Shown: positions 19,463-28,439 of the stretch, one piece after another
How positions within the stretch are numbered: the first letter of the stretch is position 1
Layout of the letters: each line of letters starts with the position of its first letter
IMG/VR virus record: IMGVR_UViG_3300031994_000066
Direction: 5' to 3' (one strand)
DNA: 64,000 nt
Origin: an uncultured virus (IMG/VR IMGVR_UViG_3300031994_000066)
Taxonomy: Duplodnaviria; Heunggongvirae; Uroviricota; Caudoviricetes
The notes under the pieces: generated by a model
Databases searched by the model: none
The model's input: only the letters and a program-made list of their open reading frames with translations
What the model was told of the DNA's origin: nothing
Program-made: the position numbers and the translations under genes

Positions 19463-20135
19463 CCAGTTTCTTGATGATGTGGAAGTCCTTGCACAGTTCT
19501 TCGATGTGCTTGTCCGTCCAACGAGGCTCGTCAGAACTGTCTACGCTATCGATGTACCATTGTTTCAGAAAGGCTGCATCCACAGCCATACGTTCCACCT
19601 TACGCTCGCGGTCTTGGTCGATGAACCTGCGCAGGGCATAGGCGATACGCGACGCTACCCAGCCGGTGAGATAGGCGTGAGCCTCCCCTATCTCGAAGAG
19701 ACCGTACCTTACGCCGTGCGTGTCGCATATCAAGTCCGCAGCGTGGTTCGCCTCGTGTGCGATGCTCCCTACACCTATGTCCCTGTTGTTCACCACCACC
19801 AGTACGCAACGCCTCCGCACCTCCGGCTCTTCCTCCGTCGCATCACGCCAGCAGGAAACGGTGCAAGCCCTCGTATCCCTCACCACCCCATACGCACGGC
19901 TCGACGACATCCTACGCCCATTGCCTTTCTTCCCTCCGCTCCTTATATCATACCTCCCCCACACCATCGAACCACACTCATCAACCATACCCCCATCAAC
20001 CACAGCCAGCAACACCCCGTAAGTGTCGTTCCACCACTCCCTATACCACCCTCCATCAGCAAAGCATCGGCTTATGTCCTCTCCGTGTTCACTCACATCA
20101 CACACACAAATGTCTGAATTACTTTTTTTTACCAT
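19446..20135 (-). CDS. Hypothetical protein with HExxH domain plus the shared C-terminal module
   Basis: ATG at 20135 after the promoter at 20172-20202; IAHEANH...GEAHAYL; FLKQWYIDSVDSSDEPRWTDKHIEELCKDF. Confidence 0.65.
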   Translation of the reverse strand: MVKKSNSDICVCDVSEHGEDISRCFADGGWYREWWNDTYGVLLAVVDGGMVDECGSMVWGRYDIRSGGKKGNGRRMSSSRAYGVVRDTRACTVSCWRDATEEEPEVRRRCVLVVVNNRDIGVGSIAHEANHAADLICDTHGVRYGLFEIGEAHAYLTGWVASRIAYALRRFIDQDRERKVERMAVDAAFLKQWYIDSVDSSDEPRWTDKHIEELCKDFHIIKKLDDNNS

Positions 20136-20171
20136 AACTTTCTCTTTTTTAATTGCTACTCTTTTCAACCA

Positions 20172-20202
20172 CAAAAGTACACACATTTACTCACATACCA
20201 AA
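20172..20202 (-). promoter_or_regulatory. Bacteroidetes primary-sigma promoter for the leftward operon
   Basis: Minus strand TTTG-N19-TACTTTTG. Confidence 0.7.
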
Positions 20203-20731
20203 ATGTTTAACATTTTTTAAGGTTTCCACCCGTTTTTATATTGATACCATCTACCTACCGAACCACAGATACCGAACAAGAAAAAAAAATATGAAAAATA
20301 TTGAGAAAAGGCAACTGCACTTTAGCGATACCACTCATTGGGGGGGGGTGGGGGTGCAAAAAAAATATAATTTTTTATTTTTCTTTATAATTTATTGAAA
20401 ATGAGACATTTATAAATGTGTTAATAAATGTTAAAATTGAAAAAAGATTTGGTCAGTCGATTTTATGTAGTCAATGATTAGGGGTGTAAGGGAAAGGAAA
20501 GGGCCCGAAAGTAGGGCCACCGAGGCCACCCTTATGGAGACTGCTCATTGACAGATTGGGATATTATACAACTATGTGGTTGCCGACCACACTCCAAGTC
20601 GGCGAGTAGGGTTGACTGTGCCCCGACCAACACAGTCGAACAATTTGACGCTTGAAATTTATTGACCCCGTGTGCGAACTCGCACACATTGAGGCGAAGA
20701 GCGCAATGCCGAATAACTGCGCACCAATACT

Positions 20732-21280
20732 ATGACAAAGCTCAATAAAAAGCAAGTCAACGCCAAGCTCAACGAAGTTGCCAACGCCAAAAACGCCAAG
20801 CGCGACGAGTCAACGAAGTTGCCTCTCAACCGTGAGGGCAAAGTGTACACCGTGAACGCAGTCGACCTCGACAGCGACACCGTGGCGAACTGCAACGGCA
20901 AAATTGCCGAAGTTGCCACAGGCACCAAGGTCACGAAGTGCTGCGTCTCTACAGGCGAGACCGGCGGCAAGGGCAAAGTGTTCTACCAACTCAACGAAGT
21001 TGAGGTATGGCTCGAAACGAGAGACCTCCGAGAGGTTTTCGGAGTAGCGGCCGAAAAAGAGCCGAAGAGCGAGAGCCACAGAGCGCCGAGTGATGAGAAG
21101 CAAATCATCCAAATGCTCAAGGAGAATCCCAAAATGAGCTGGGAAACGGCAGCCGAGACGATTGCAAGGCGCAAGGAGAGCCACAGAGCCGAGGTGGAGA
21201 GCGAGAAGAGGTTGAAGAGAGCGAGCCAGTTGGGTCTCACGAAAGCGGAACTCCAAAAGATGCTCGAAAGCATGGAGTAA
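20732..21280 (+). CDS. Hypothetical protein (182 aa, charged helical C-terminus)
   Basis: Long ORF with biased codon use; internal ESHRA duplication; followed by a GAAA-loop hairpin at 21293-21314. Confidence 0.75.
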   Translation: MTKLNKKQVNAKLNEVANAKNAKRDESTKLPLNREGKVYTVNAVDLDSDTVANCNGKIAEVATGTKVTKCCVSTGETGGKGKVFYQLNEVEVWLETRDLREVFGVAAEKEPKSESHRAPSDEKQIIQMLKENPKMSWETAAETIARRKESHRAEVESEKRLKRASQLGLTKAELQKMLESME

Positions 21281-21355
21281 GGAGTCAAGGGATGGAGAGG
21301 GGAAACCCTCTCCACCTCTCTAAAAACAGAATGTTTAACTTAATACCTTAAAACG

Positions 21356-21580
21356 ATGAAAGCACACCTTAAAAAATCCACTGCTGTGGTCGAAATGAAA
21401 GCTCACGAAGTTCTCGAACTCGCCCTTATTATGGATGAAGTCTATGACGCTATAAAAAGCGGCAAGTTTAATCCTCGCACCGCTGGAGTCGCAAACTTGG
21501 TTCTCCGAAAGTACGATGGACTCTTCCGTCAGATGACAGACTGCTGGGAAGATGGAGGTGAGTATGAAACAGAAGAGTAG
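21356..21580 (+). CDS. Hypothetical protein (74 aa)
   Basis: A-rich leader; followed by a GAAA-loop hairpin at 21585-21602. Confidence 0.65.
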   Translation: MKAHLKKSTAVVEMKAHEVLELALIMDEVYDAIKSGKFNPRTAGVANLVLRKYDGLFRQMTDCWEDGGEYETEE

Positions 21581-21740
21581 CGAGAGAGGGCGAAAGCCCT
21601 CTTTTCGTGTATGGTTCTATCGCCCATGCTATGAATATCCATATTGCCGGACGCTGGAGAGCGTCGAAGAGGTCGAGCGGTATCTGGACGGCATCGAGGC
21701 AATAGGAGCTGAAGTGGTTGAAATAGAAGAGCTGACGTGA
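21564..21740 (+). CDS. Small hypothetical protein
   Basis: ATG at 21564 after GGAGGTG; the stop lies in the terminator loop. Confidence 0.5.
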   Translation: MKQKSSERGRKPSFRVWFYRPCYEYPYCRTLESVEEVERYLDGIEAIGAEVVEIEELT

Positions 21741-21756
21741 GTCGGCTCTTTTTTTT
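21727..21756 (+). terminator. Rho-independent terminator
   Basis: AAGAGCTGAC-GTGA-GTCGGCTCTT followed by T6. Confidence 0.85.
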
Positions 21757-21776
21757 ATATACACAAATCAATATCC

Positions 21777-22446
21777 GCGATTAACAATCTGAATGAGCGA
21801 CTGAAGTCAATCCGAGCGGCATATATATGGACGGCGATTTACAATCAATATTAAGCCGACGAGTAATCTGGAGGTGTCGAATAATTAGGTGCGATTTGTA
21901 ATCTGGCAGATGGATGATGTTAATCTTGAGGCGACGAATCCGAGGCGATTTGTTGTATATATAATACAAGCCGAGCGATTATGAATCATCGAACAACTTG
22001 ACGATGAATCGGCAGATGAGGCGATTTACAATCCTCGCCATATATATACTCAATCGGTGATGGTAAATCTGGATGACGAATCCAGCGTATATTGTGTGGT
22101 GGCGATTATTAATCATTGAGAATAACTTGCTGGAGAGATTTTCTTTCAAATAACGAGGCGATTATCAATCATATATCTGTGATTATATTGTGATTAGCAT
22201 TGTGTTGACGTTGATTTGACGGCTTCAAATCTCGGCTTTTGACGGCTTCAAAATTTGGAATGGATAAGTAGCCCATCGCGGAAATAGAACGCTAAAACAG
22301 GGCTATTCTGTGTCGTTCTGGATGGCGTTTTTCGTGGCGATGGAGTCGCTCGCGTGATGCCGTGAAACCATAACGCGCGATTGTTAATCTTTGTGATATA
22401 AATATATATTATAATATAAATCTCTCATATATAGCGATTATCAATC
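21777..22446. repeat. Array of 9 GCGATT-N3-AATC sites (palindromic core GATT-N3-AATC)
   Basis: Exact copies start at 21777, 21834, 21891, 21975, 22021, 22102, 22158, 22377 and 22434; a further copy at 23264. Confidence 0.9.
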
Positions 22447-22779
22447 ATAATATTCAGTTTTGAGATTTACTTTTAATCTTGAAACAGATTTAATATCACT
22501 ACAATCATAATATCCATAAACGCTTCATTTTCAATAATTTACAGATATAGTGGTTAAATCGGAGTAATCTGACGCTTTTTTCAATACAAATCAGATTGCC
22601 ATCGTTTAATCCCAGGTCAAGATGTGGCTGTTTTCGATTGTGGCTGATTATCAAGTGTTAAAAGTGGCTTAATCTTAAAGGATTGGTTTAATTAAGTGCC
22701 TCTAAATACATATTTTTCAACTATTTAACTAATTTAACACTTTTTAATAAAAAAAAGTTATAGAAAGTTTTGGATTCAT

Positions 22780-22809
22780 TTTGCTGCATTGGAAAAAAGT
22801 GTATCTTTG
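22780..22809 (+). promoter_or_regulatory. Bacteroidetes primary-sigma promoter
   Basis: TTTG (22780-83)-N18-TATCTTTG (22802-09), preceded by an AT-rich tract. Confidence 0.65.
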
Positions 22810-22814
22810 TATCA

Positions 22815-23410
22815 CCTTATTGAAGGAAAGGTATTTGACACGAGCCGAAATCACGAAATCCTCCTCAAGGAGGAAATCTGACACAAAATCGGTCTGTAAG
22901 ATTAGGCAGCCAATCCCGATGCACTTCGGGTGCGGAATCAAAGCTCGGTTCACGATGAGAATCAGTTGCAATCTGGAGAGTTAGGCAAGGAGATTTGAGA
23001 GCCACTAACGAGGCGCGAAATCAAAAGCCAAAGGTATGGTAAATCGCAAGACATCGCTCCATACCACAATCGCAGAAATCACGTTGGGTCGGCATCCAAC
23101 GTCTGAAAATCCACCTACCGCCGCAAACCAATCCGAGCGACCTAATCCCAAACGTTCTTTGAAATCTTAGTCCTCCTCCAACCAATCCGGCACCCACGTG
23201 GCTTGCTATGTGTCGCGTAGATTGGTCCCTGAAACAAGGGCGATTTGTGGAATAGAATGGTCGGCGATTGTCAATCAGGAGGAAATGGCGAGGGATTTGA
23301 TACGTTAAGTATCTGACACACTGCGAAATCTTGCTTGTCAGTTCAAGCAATGATTTAACTCATTTCAACGGTGCTTGAGCAAAAATCATCGGTAGCAGTG
23401 ACATAGATTT
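22815..23410 (+). ncRNA. Putative large structured non-coding RNA or leader
   Basis: No credible ORF. Many hairpins: CCTCC-TCAA-GGAGG, GCAC-TTCG-GGTGC, GGTATGG/CCATACC, ACGTTGG/CCAACGT, GATAC/GTATC, TTGCTTG/CAAGCAA. Starts just after a promoter. Confidence 0.45.
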
Positions 23411-23426
23411 TCGAGGTTTTCTCACC

Positions 23427-23481
23427 TATACATATAACGATTATATATATACTTCGTATATATATAATCATTATATATATA
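23427..23481. repeat. AT-rich inverted repeat (26-bp arms, 2 mismatches, 3-nt loop)
   Basis: TATACATATAACGATTATATATATAC-TTC-GTATATATATAATCATTATATATATA. Confidence 0.85.
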
Positions 23482-23668
23482 AAACGGAGATTGTAAGGCT
23501 CGTTTTCACCTAAATCCCTCATTGTAAGTAAGTTAGGTCAGATTCTGGAGCGTGATTAACTCCCGAAAGTCGTGAATCTGACCACCTATGGGTGTGTAAT
23601 TCGCTGAAAATCAACGAGATTGAGCGGATTTGGCTGCATTTTCGTCAAAAATTACTTTATACCGATTA

Positions 23669-23730
23669 AGACTTACAGTAAGGTTGATTGAAGACTTCAA
23701 GTAAGATTTCGTATCAGACTTACAAGTAAG
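23669..23730. repeat. Three iteron-like direct repeats at about 23-bp period
   Basis: AGACTTACAGTAAG (23669), AGACTTCAAGTAAG (23692), AGACTTACAAGTAAG (23716); followed by an almost pure A/T tract at about 23750-23800. Confidence 0.75.
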
Positions 23731-23963
23731 AAAAAAAAAGAAAGGTAAGATTTAATTATATAATATAAAATATAATAATAATAAATAAAATATAGATTAT
23801 GTTGTATGATGAAGATTATCTTTCAAGGTATGTAAGTGAGTAAGAGATTGAGCAGTTAAGTAAGAGATTACTACACACTCTCTATGTCGAAATGACAATA
23901 TAATCTTGGGTTATTCTCAAGAAAAAAAAGTTCAATCAATAATTCAATAAACTTACAGAGATT

Positions 23964-24107
23964 ATGGTAAAGATAAAAACAAAGATTGGGCGCAGACAGA
24001 AATTTACACAATGGCTGCGGAAGAACGATTTGAGCCGTTGGGAGTTCTACTTCCTCGTGATTTGTGCCGGCTACATCGCTGCACAGTTAATCAGGGCGTT
24101 GTTCTGA
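23964..24107 (+). CDS. Small membrane protein (47 aa, below the ORF-track cutoff)
   Basis: Preceded by the AAACTTAC leader; MVKIKTKIGRRQKF...FYFLVICAGYIAAQLIRALF*. Confidence 0.6.
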   Translation: MVKIKTKIGRRQKFTQWLRKNDLSRWEFYFLVICAGYIAAQLIRALF

Positions 24108-24174
24108 CCACGACAATCTTGGTGTCGAGAGATTGACACCAAGGTTCAACGTCTAATCAATAAAACTTACAAAA

Positions 24175-24579
24175 ATGGAAAACAAAGAAAAAATCAAAAT
24201 GCTCGGTGCTTTAATCGAGAATGAGTTGAATGGCGGCTGCTTGGGTTCGCAATCTGGTCAGCTTGACCTTGTGGCTAAATCCACACAGTTTCACCGATAC
24301 ATCCAATCGGAGTTCGGTAGCCTTTTGATTAACTTCATCAAGTTCCACGCTTTCGTCCACTCGGATGAATCTGGTTTGAGTAATCGTTTCTACGATGGCC
24401 GCAACGAATGGATTGGCGAGTTCTGCGAGCGTCTGTGGCGTGTTGGAATCCTCGACATCTGGTCTGGTGATGAGAACGCGATTAAGGACGCTATCGAGAG
24501 ACAATCCAAGGAGTTCTTCAGCGACAATCGCTTTGCACACATCAAGTGCGAGCGGATTGCGGAAATGATGGAGGGATAA
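24175..24579 (+). CDS. Hypothetical protein
   Basis: ATG directly after the repeat leader. Confidence 0.75.
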   Translation: MENKEKIKMLGALIENELNGGCLGSQSGQLDLVAKSTQFHRYIQSEFGSLLINFIKFHAFVHSDESGLSNRFYDGRNEWIGEFCERLWRVGILDIWSGDENAIKDAIERQSKEFFSDNRFAHIKCERIAEMMEG

Positions 24580-24582
24580 TCA

Positions 24583-24777
24583 ATGACGCTCACTCGAAAG
24601 CACAAGGAACAGGTAATCAACGGCACGACATACTGGATTGAGGAATACCACGAAAAAGAGTGGCAATCAGATGTGTGGATGTGGCGTTATGGCTACTACT
24701 CAACGGCTGGATTTGCGTATCTGATTTCTGATATGCTCCGCAGAAAGCCAAATCTGAAGAGGCTCAAGAACCTCTAA
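24583..24777 (+). CDS. Hypothetical protein (64 aa)
   Basis: 3 nt after the previous stop; has no leader of its own. Confidence 0.6.
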   Translation: MTLTRKHKEQVINGTTYWIEEYHEKEWQSDVWMWRYGYYSTAGFAYLISDMLRRKPNLKRLKNL

Positions 24778-24841
24778 TCTGGATGGGGATGAGAGAAATC
24801 TCGCCCCACCCGCAAATAATAATCACCAAACTTACAAAATT

Positions 24842-25483
24842 ATGGAAAATCCAGTCGAATCAAAAGATGTCAAGTACATCGAAAGAAATTATCGTATCGA
24901 AATCCATCGCGATGAAGATTGCTATATGGGTTGGGATGATTTGGGCGACCATCTCGGAACAATCTATAGCAACCATCGTAACTGGAATCCCGACAAGCAC
25001 AATGTGGAGGAAATCCTCGATGAGGAGAACCGCCCAGATTCAGAGAACTATGTGTACGTTCCAATCTGGATGTACGAACACTCCGGCACCACGATTAAGG
25101 CTTGCAGTAGCAATCCGTACTCGTGTCCGTGGGATAGCGGTTGCGCCGGATTGATAGCGTGTTCCAAGGAGAAAATCCTCAAGGAGTACGGAAATCTGTC
25201 CGAAGAGACAATCCAAAAGGTCAAGGACGTTATGGTCTCTGAAATCCACGAACTCGATTTGCTGTACCAAGGTGAAGTTTACGGATATATCGTAATCTAC
25301 ATTGGCGAGGATGGCGAGGAAGAGGAAATCGCGAGTTGTTGGGGATTCATCACCGAATGGAACAAGTTGGATTTCGTCTTCGAGGAAGCGGAAGCCGAGG
25401 CGATTGCCGACGCGAAATCGTGGTATCGCAAAAACGGCATCCAACTGCGAATCCCTTTCCCCAAGGATGAGGGAGAGGAGTAA
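24842..25483 (+). CDS. Acidic hypothetical phage protein
   Basis: Repeat leader; motifs PIWMYEHSG, CPWDSG, GEVYGY, SCWGF; QLRIPF near the C-terminus. Confidence 0.8.
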   Translation: MENPVESKDVKYIERNYRIEIHRDEDCYMGWDDLGDHLGTIYSNHRNWNPDKHNVEEILDEENRPDSENYVYVPIWMYEHSGTTIKACSSNPYSCPWDSGCAGLIACSKEKILKEYGNLSEETIQKVKDVMVSEIHELDLLYQGEVYGYIVIYIGEDGEEEEIASCWGFITEWNKLDFVFEEAEAEAIADAKSWYRKNGIQLRIPFPKDEGEE

Positions 25484-25558
25484 TCGCCTGGGTTGTGACC
25501 GAGAGATTGGTCACAACTCGCAATGACAATATTGTCAGAATCTTAAAACTTACAAACA

Positions 25559-25993
25559 ATGAAAAAAGAAGAGAAAAAAGTAGTCAGAGAATCGTATGTT
25601 ACCACTTTCGTGGCAATCGACGGAACGGAGTTCAACTCGCAGCAGGATTGCGAGAAGTACGAAAAATCGGTGGAATGTTCCATCAGCGTCCGTCTGAACG
25701 ACATTACGGTCAATCGTATGAATCAAGAGAGCGTCTTCCTGCAAGGCAATGAGGATTGTGACTGCCAAATCGTCCGTCCTCGCAACGCTTCTGACATCAA
25801 CTCTATCAATCAGTTGATATGTCTGATACGCAATCAAGAACCCGACAAAATCAAGGACGAAAATCTCGCCCACGATGAGAACATTGGCGAGTGTGTGGTA
25901 ATCTGCTACTCCTACGACCACGATTGGGCGTGGCTCTACACCGAGAGCCAAATCCGCAACCATTGGGCTGAAATGTTCGCCACCAAGGATTAA
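25559..25993 (+). CDS. Hypothetical protein
   Basis: Repeat leader; FVAIDGTEFNSQQDCEKYE. Confidence 0.75.
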   Translation: MKKEEKKVVRESYVTTFVAIDGTEFNSQQDCEKYEKSVECSISVRLNDITVNRMNQESVFLQGNEDCDCQIVRPRNASDINSINQLICLIRNQEPDKIKDENLAHDENIGECVVICYSYDHDWAWLYTESQIRNHWAEMFATKD

Positions 25994-26073
25994 TGTTGCA
26001 TCGGGCGGTGTGGGAGAAATCCCTATCCGTCCACAAGGCAATAGTGCCGATAATCAAACAAACTTACAAAATT

Positions 26074-26922
26074 ATGTTACAAGATTTTCATTATCAGGTA
26101 GGTGATTACCACATCTTTTGCGGTTTTTATGAATCGGTGCTTTGGCACGGCGATTCGGAGTACGATTGGAACTACAATGAGCGTTCCAATGTCAAAAATC
26201 CAGACCGATACGTCAATCACGAGGTCAAGGATTTCAACAAGTTCTGTGAAGAGGTCTGCAAGGGTGTCGCCGGTCAAATCAGCGAATTGCTCGTTGACGG
26301 AGAAATCTGCACCGCGTGCGAGTACGAATCAATGTCCTCTCCTCGTGAGTACAACTTCACGACGGACAAGCTCAATCTGCTTCTCAAAATCGACATCGAC
26401 TGGCTCAAGGGTGAGTTGATTGGGAACGCTGAACTCCGTGCTGCGTTTGATGATTACCTCCACGCAAAATACACATCATACGATGGATTTATCTCATTCG
26501 TCGAGAACAATGTTGATGGATATTTCAAGGAATCTGTCGATGAGTACCCCGATGTTATGGTTGATTATTGGTTGCTGACCAAAATCTACGACACATCGGA
26601 TGTCGTAAAGGCAATCAACTCGTGCGAGTATCAGCACTACCATTGGAAGTGCATCGAAATCGCTGACAACGCCGTGTATGAGTATATGGTTCCCGTCTCT
26701 GAATCAGACTGGCTGGACGATGTAATCCGTGGTCTTATGGAAAAAGACACGGAACTTAAATCGTGGCTCACTGAACGCTACAACATCCCAATCGAGCGCA
26801 ATGTTTCATATTGCGCTGCGTTGGCAATCGTTGGTAACGACGACGAAATCAAAGCGTTCAAAGAGCGTGTCGGAATGGATTGGTGGTATGAAGAGGCTAT
26901 TGAGGCCAGCCAACCCTGCTAA
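26074..26922 (+). CDS. Acidic hypothetical protein
   Basis: Start moved to ATG 26074, right after the repeat leader; SPREYNFTTD and YTSYDGFISF motifs. Confidence 0.8.
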   Translation: MLQDFHYQVGDYHIFCGFYESVLWHGDSEYDWNYNERSNVKNPDRYVNHEVKDFNKFCEEVCKGVAGQISELLVDGEICTACEYESMSSPREYNFTTDKLNLLLKIDIDWLKGELIGNAELRAAFDDYLHAKYTSYDGFISFVENNVDGYFKESVDEYPDVMVDYWLLTKIYDTSDVVKAINSCEYQHYHWKCIEIADNAVYEYMVPVSESDWLDDVIRGLMEKDTELKSWLTERYNIPIERNVSYCAALAIVGNDDEIKAFKERVGMDWWYEEAIEASQPC

Positions 26923-26990
26923 TCAGACAAGGACTGGAGTCGAGAGATTGACTTCAGTCCTCCAAACAAATCATTCAAACTTACAAAATT

Positions 26991-27236
26991 ATGGCAAAGA
27001 ACAACACACAAATCATCGAGGTAGACTACCCTAATCTGGGTAACTGCACCATTGAGGTGGTCAAGGTCGATTCCTACACCATCGAAACGAAATGCACGTT
27101 CAATCATCGCCAAACAAAGGGCGAGGGAACAAATGTGCTTGAAGCAATCGACCACGCTTGCAGACGGATGCTCTCAATCTTGAGTATGCCGGAGAATTTA
27201 CGCCAGCGATTCCACCACTTGTATGAGGTCGTATGA
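26991..27236 (+). CDS. Hypothetical protein
   Basis: Repeat leader. Confidence 0.7.
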   Translation: MAKNNTQIIEVDYPNLGNCTIEVVKVDSYTIETKCTFNHRQTKGEGTNVLEAIDHACRRMLSILSMPENLRQRFHHLYEVV

Positions 27237-27300
27237 CCGAACAATCCACCGCTTGAGAGATTTGGCGGTGGGTTCAAAATAATCAATAAAACTTACGGAT

Positions 27301-27642
27301 ATGAATGATTCAGACACTTTTATTAGAAATCGTCACCAAAATGAGGTTGTGATGGTTTTGTATGAATGTAGCACTTTTTTCTACGAATCCATCCAAGACG
27401 CGGCCGAGCGATTGTTGAAGTTCCATATCGAGCGTGAGATTGGCTCGGATGGTGATTACAACTGGAGAATTTATGTGAACGGCAAACAAATCACATGGAG
27501 TTATAGCGACGATTTCACGGAAGAAGAGGTGCTGCGCGATTGCCTCACGCACTACCGCGACAACTTCTCTTGGGCTAATCTGCATTGGTACGTTCAAGCC
27601 GGACAGAAAATCCCAATTCTACGCTCCGATATTGAGAGGTAG
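27301..27642 (+). CDS. Hypothetical protein
   Basis: Repeat leader. Confidence 0.7.
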   Translation: MNDSDTFIRNRHQNEVVMVLYECSTFFYESIQDAAERLLKFHIEREIGSDGDYNWRIYVNGKQITWSYSDDFTEEEVLRDCLTHYRDNFSWANLHWYVQAGQKIPILRSDIER

Positions 27643-27715
27643 AAAACCGGCACGTTGAGAGATTGACGTGTCGATTCAATGGCAATAATGCCAGCAATCA
27701 ATAAAACTTACAACT

Positions 27716-28168
27716 ATGAACGAATACGACAAACAAGCCAAGGATTTCCTGAAGAGATTCGGCATCAAAATCCGCAAGACCTACGTTGGTGACAGAAAGG
27801 GATTTCCCAACGAACCAAATGACAAATCGATTCATCAAGAATGGATAGTCAGAATATTCCACGAGGATAATCCTACGGAATATATGCAGTTCCCTTTCTA
27901 CGGCAGTTACAACGATTACCTCGAATATTGCAGTAAGCCTGGGAGCAGAAGAATCCTCCGTGATTACGACATCCTCGCGTGTCTGTCCTCGGAAATGTAT
28001 TGTCCCGAAACAATTGAGGACTTCATTGACGAGTACGGCTACGAGATTAAGCGAGGTGGCGACATCAAGCGTGTGATGAACATCTACGAGGGATTGAAGA
28101 AGCAGAGCGACGATTTGCACCGCATCTTCAACGAAGAGGAGCTTGAAGCCCTGTCCGAAATCCAGTAG
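27716..28168 (+). CDS. Hypothetical phage protein
   Basis: Repeat leader; YDILACL...EDFIDEYGY. Confidence 0.75.
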   Translation: MNEYDKQAKDFLKRFGIKIRKTYVGDRKGFPNEPNDKSIHQEWIVRIFHEDNPTEYMQFPFYGSYNDYLEYCSKPGSRRILRDYDILACLSSEMYCPETIEDFIDEYGYEIKRGGDIKRVMNIYEGLKKQSDDLHRIFNEEELEALSEIQ

Positions 28169-28439
28169 GCAGCACCGACCGACCGCCGAGAGATTGGTTG
28201 TCGGTCACGAATTAAAATCAAAAAACTTACAGATTTGCCCAGATTTTGCGTTTTCTCGCCTTGGGTGGTATAACCACACATAAACGGCACAAAAACGCCA
28301 CAGAGGGCAAAAAATAGGGCAAAAATAGCATAATTTTGTCATAGTTTGGAACGCCCGAAAGGGCAAGGACGGATTGAGAAGAGATTTTCATCCGTCCACA
28401 ATGGGGATATTCCCAGAATAATCAAAAAAACTTACAATT

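Noticed and set aside
22215..22252. Direct repeat TTTGACGGCTTCAAA x2
   Set aside because: Only two copies with no assignable role; treated as part of the surrounding control region.
21777..22446. CRISPR array interpretation of the spaced repeats
   Set aside because: The repeat is only 13 nt with a variable centre, spacing is irregular, and there are no cas genes in the window.
22744..23350. Short ORFs at 22744-22971, 22781-22984 and 23021-23350
   Set aside because: Atypical composition, no clear start signals, and overlap with a promoter and stem-rich sequence.
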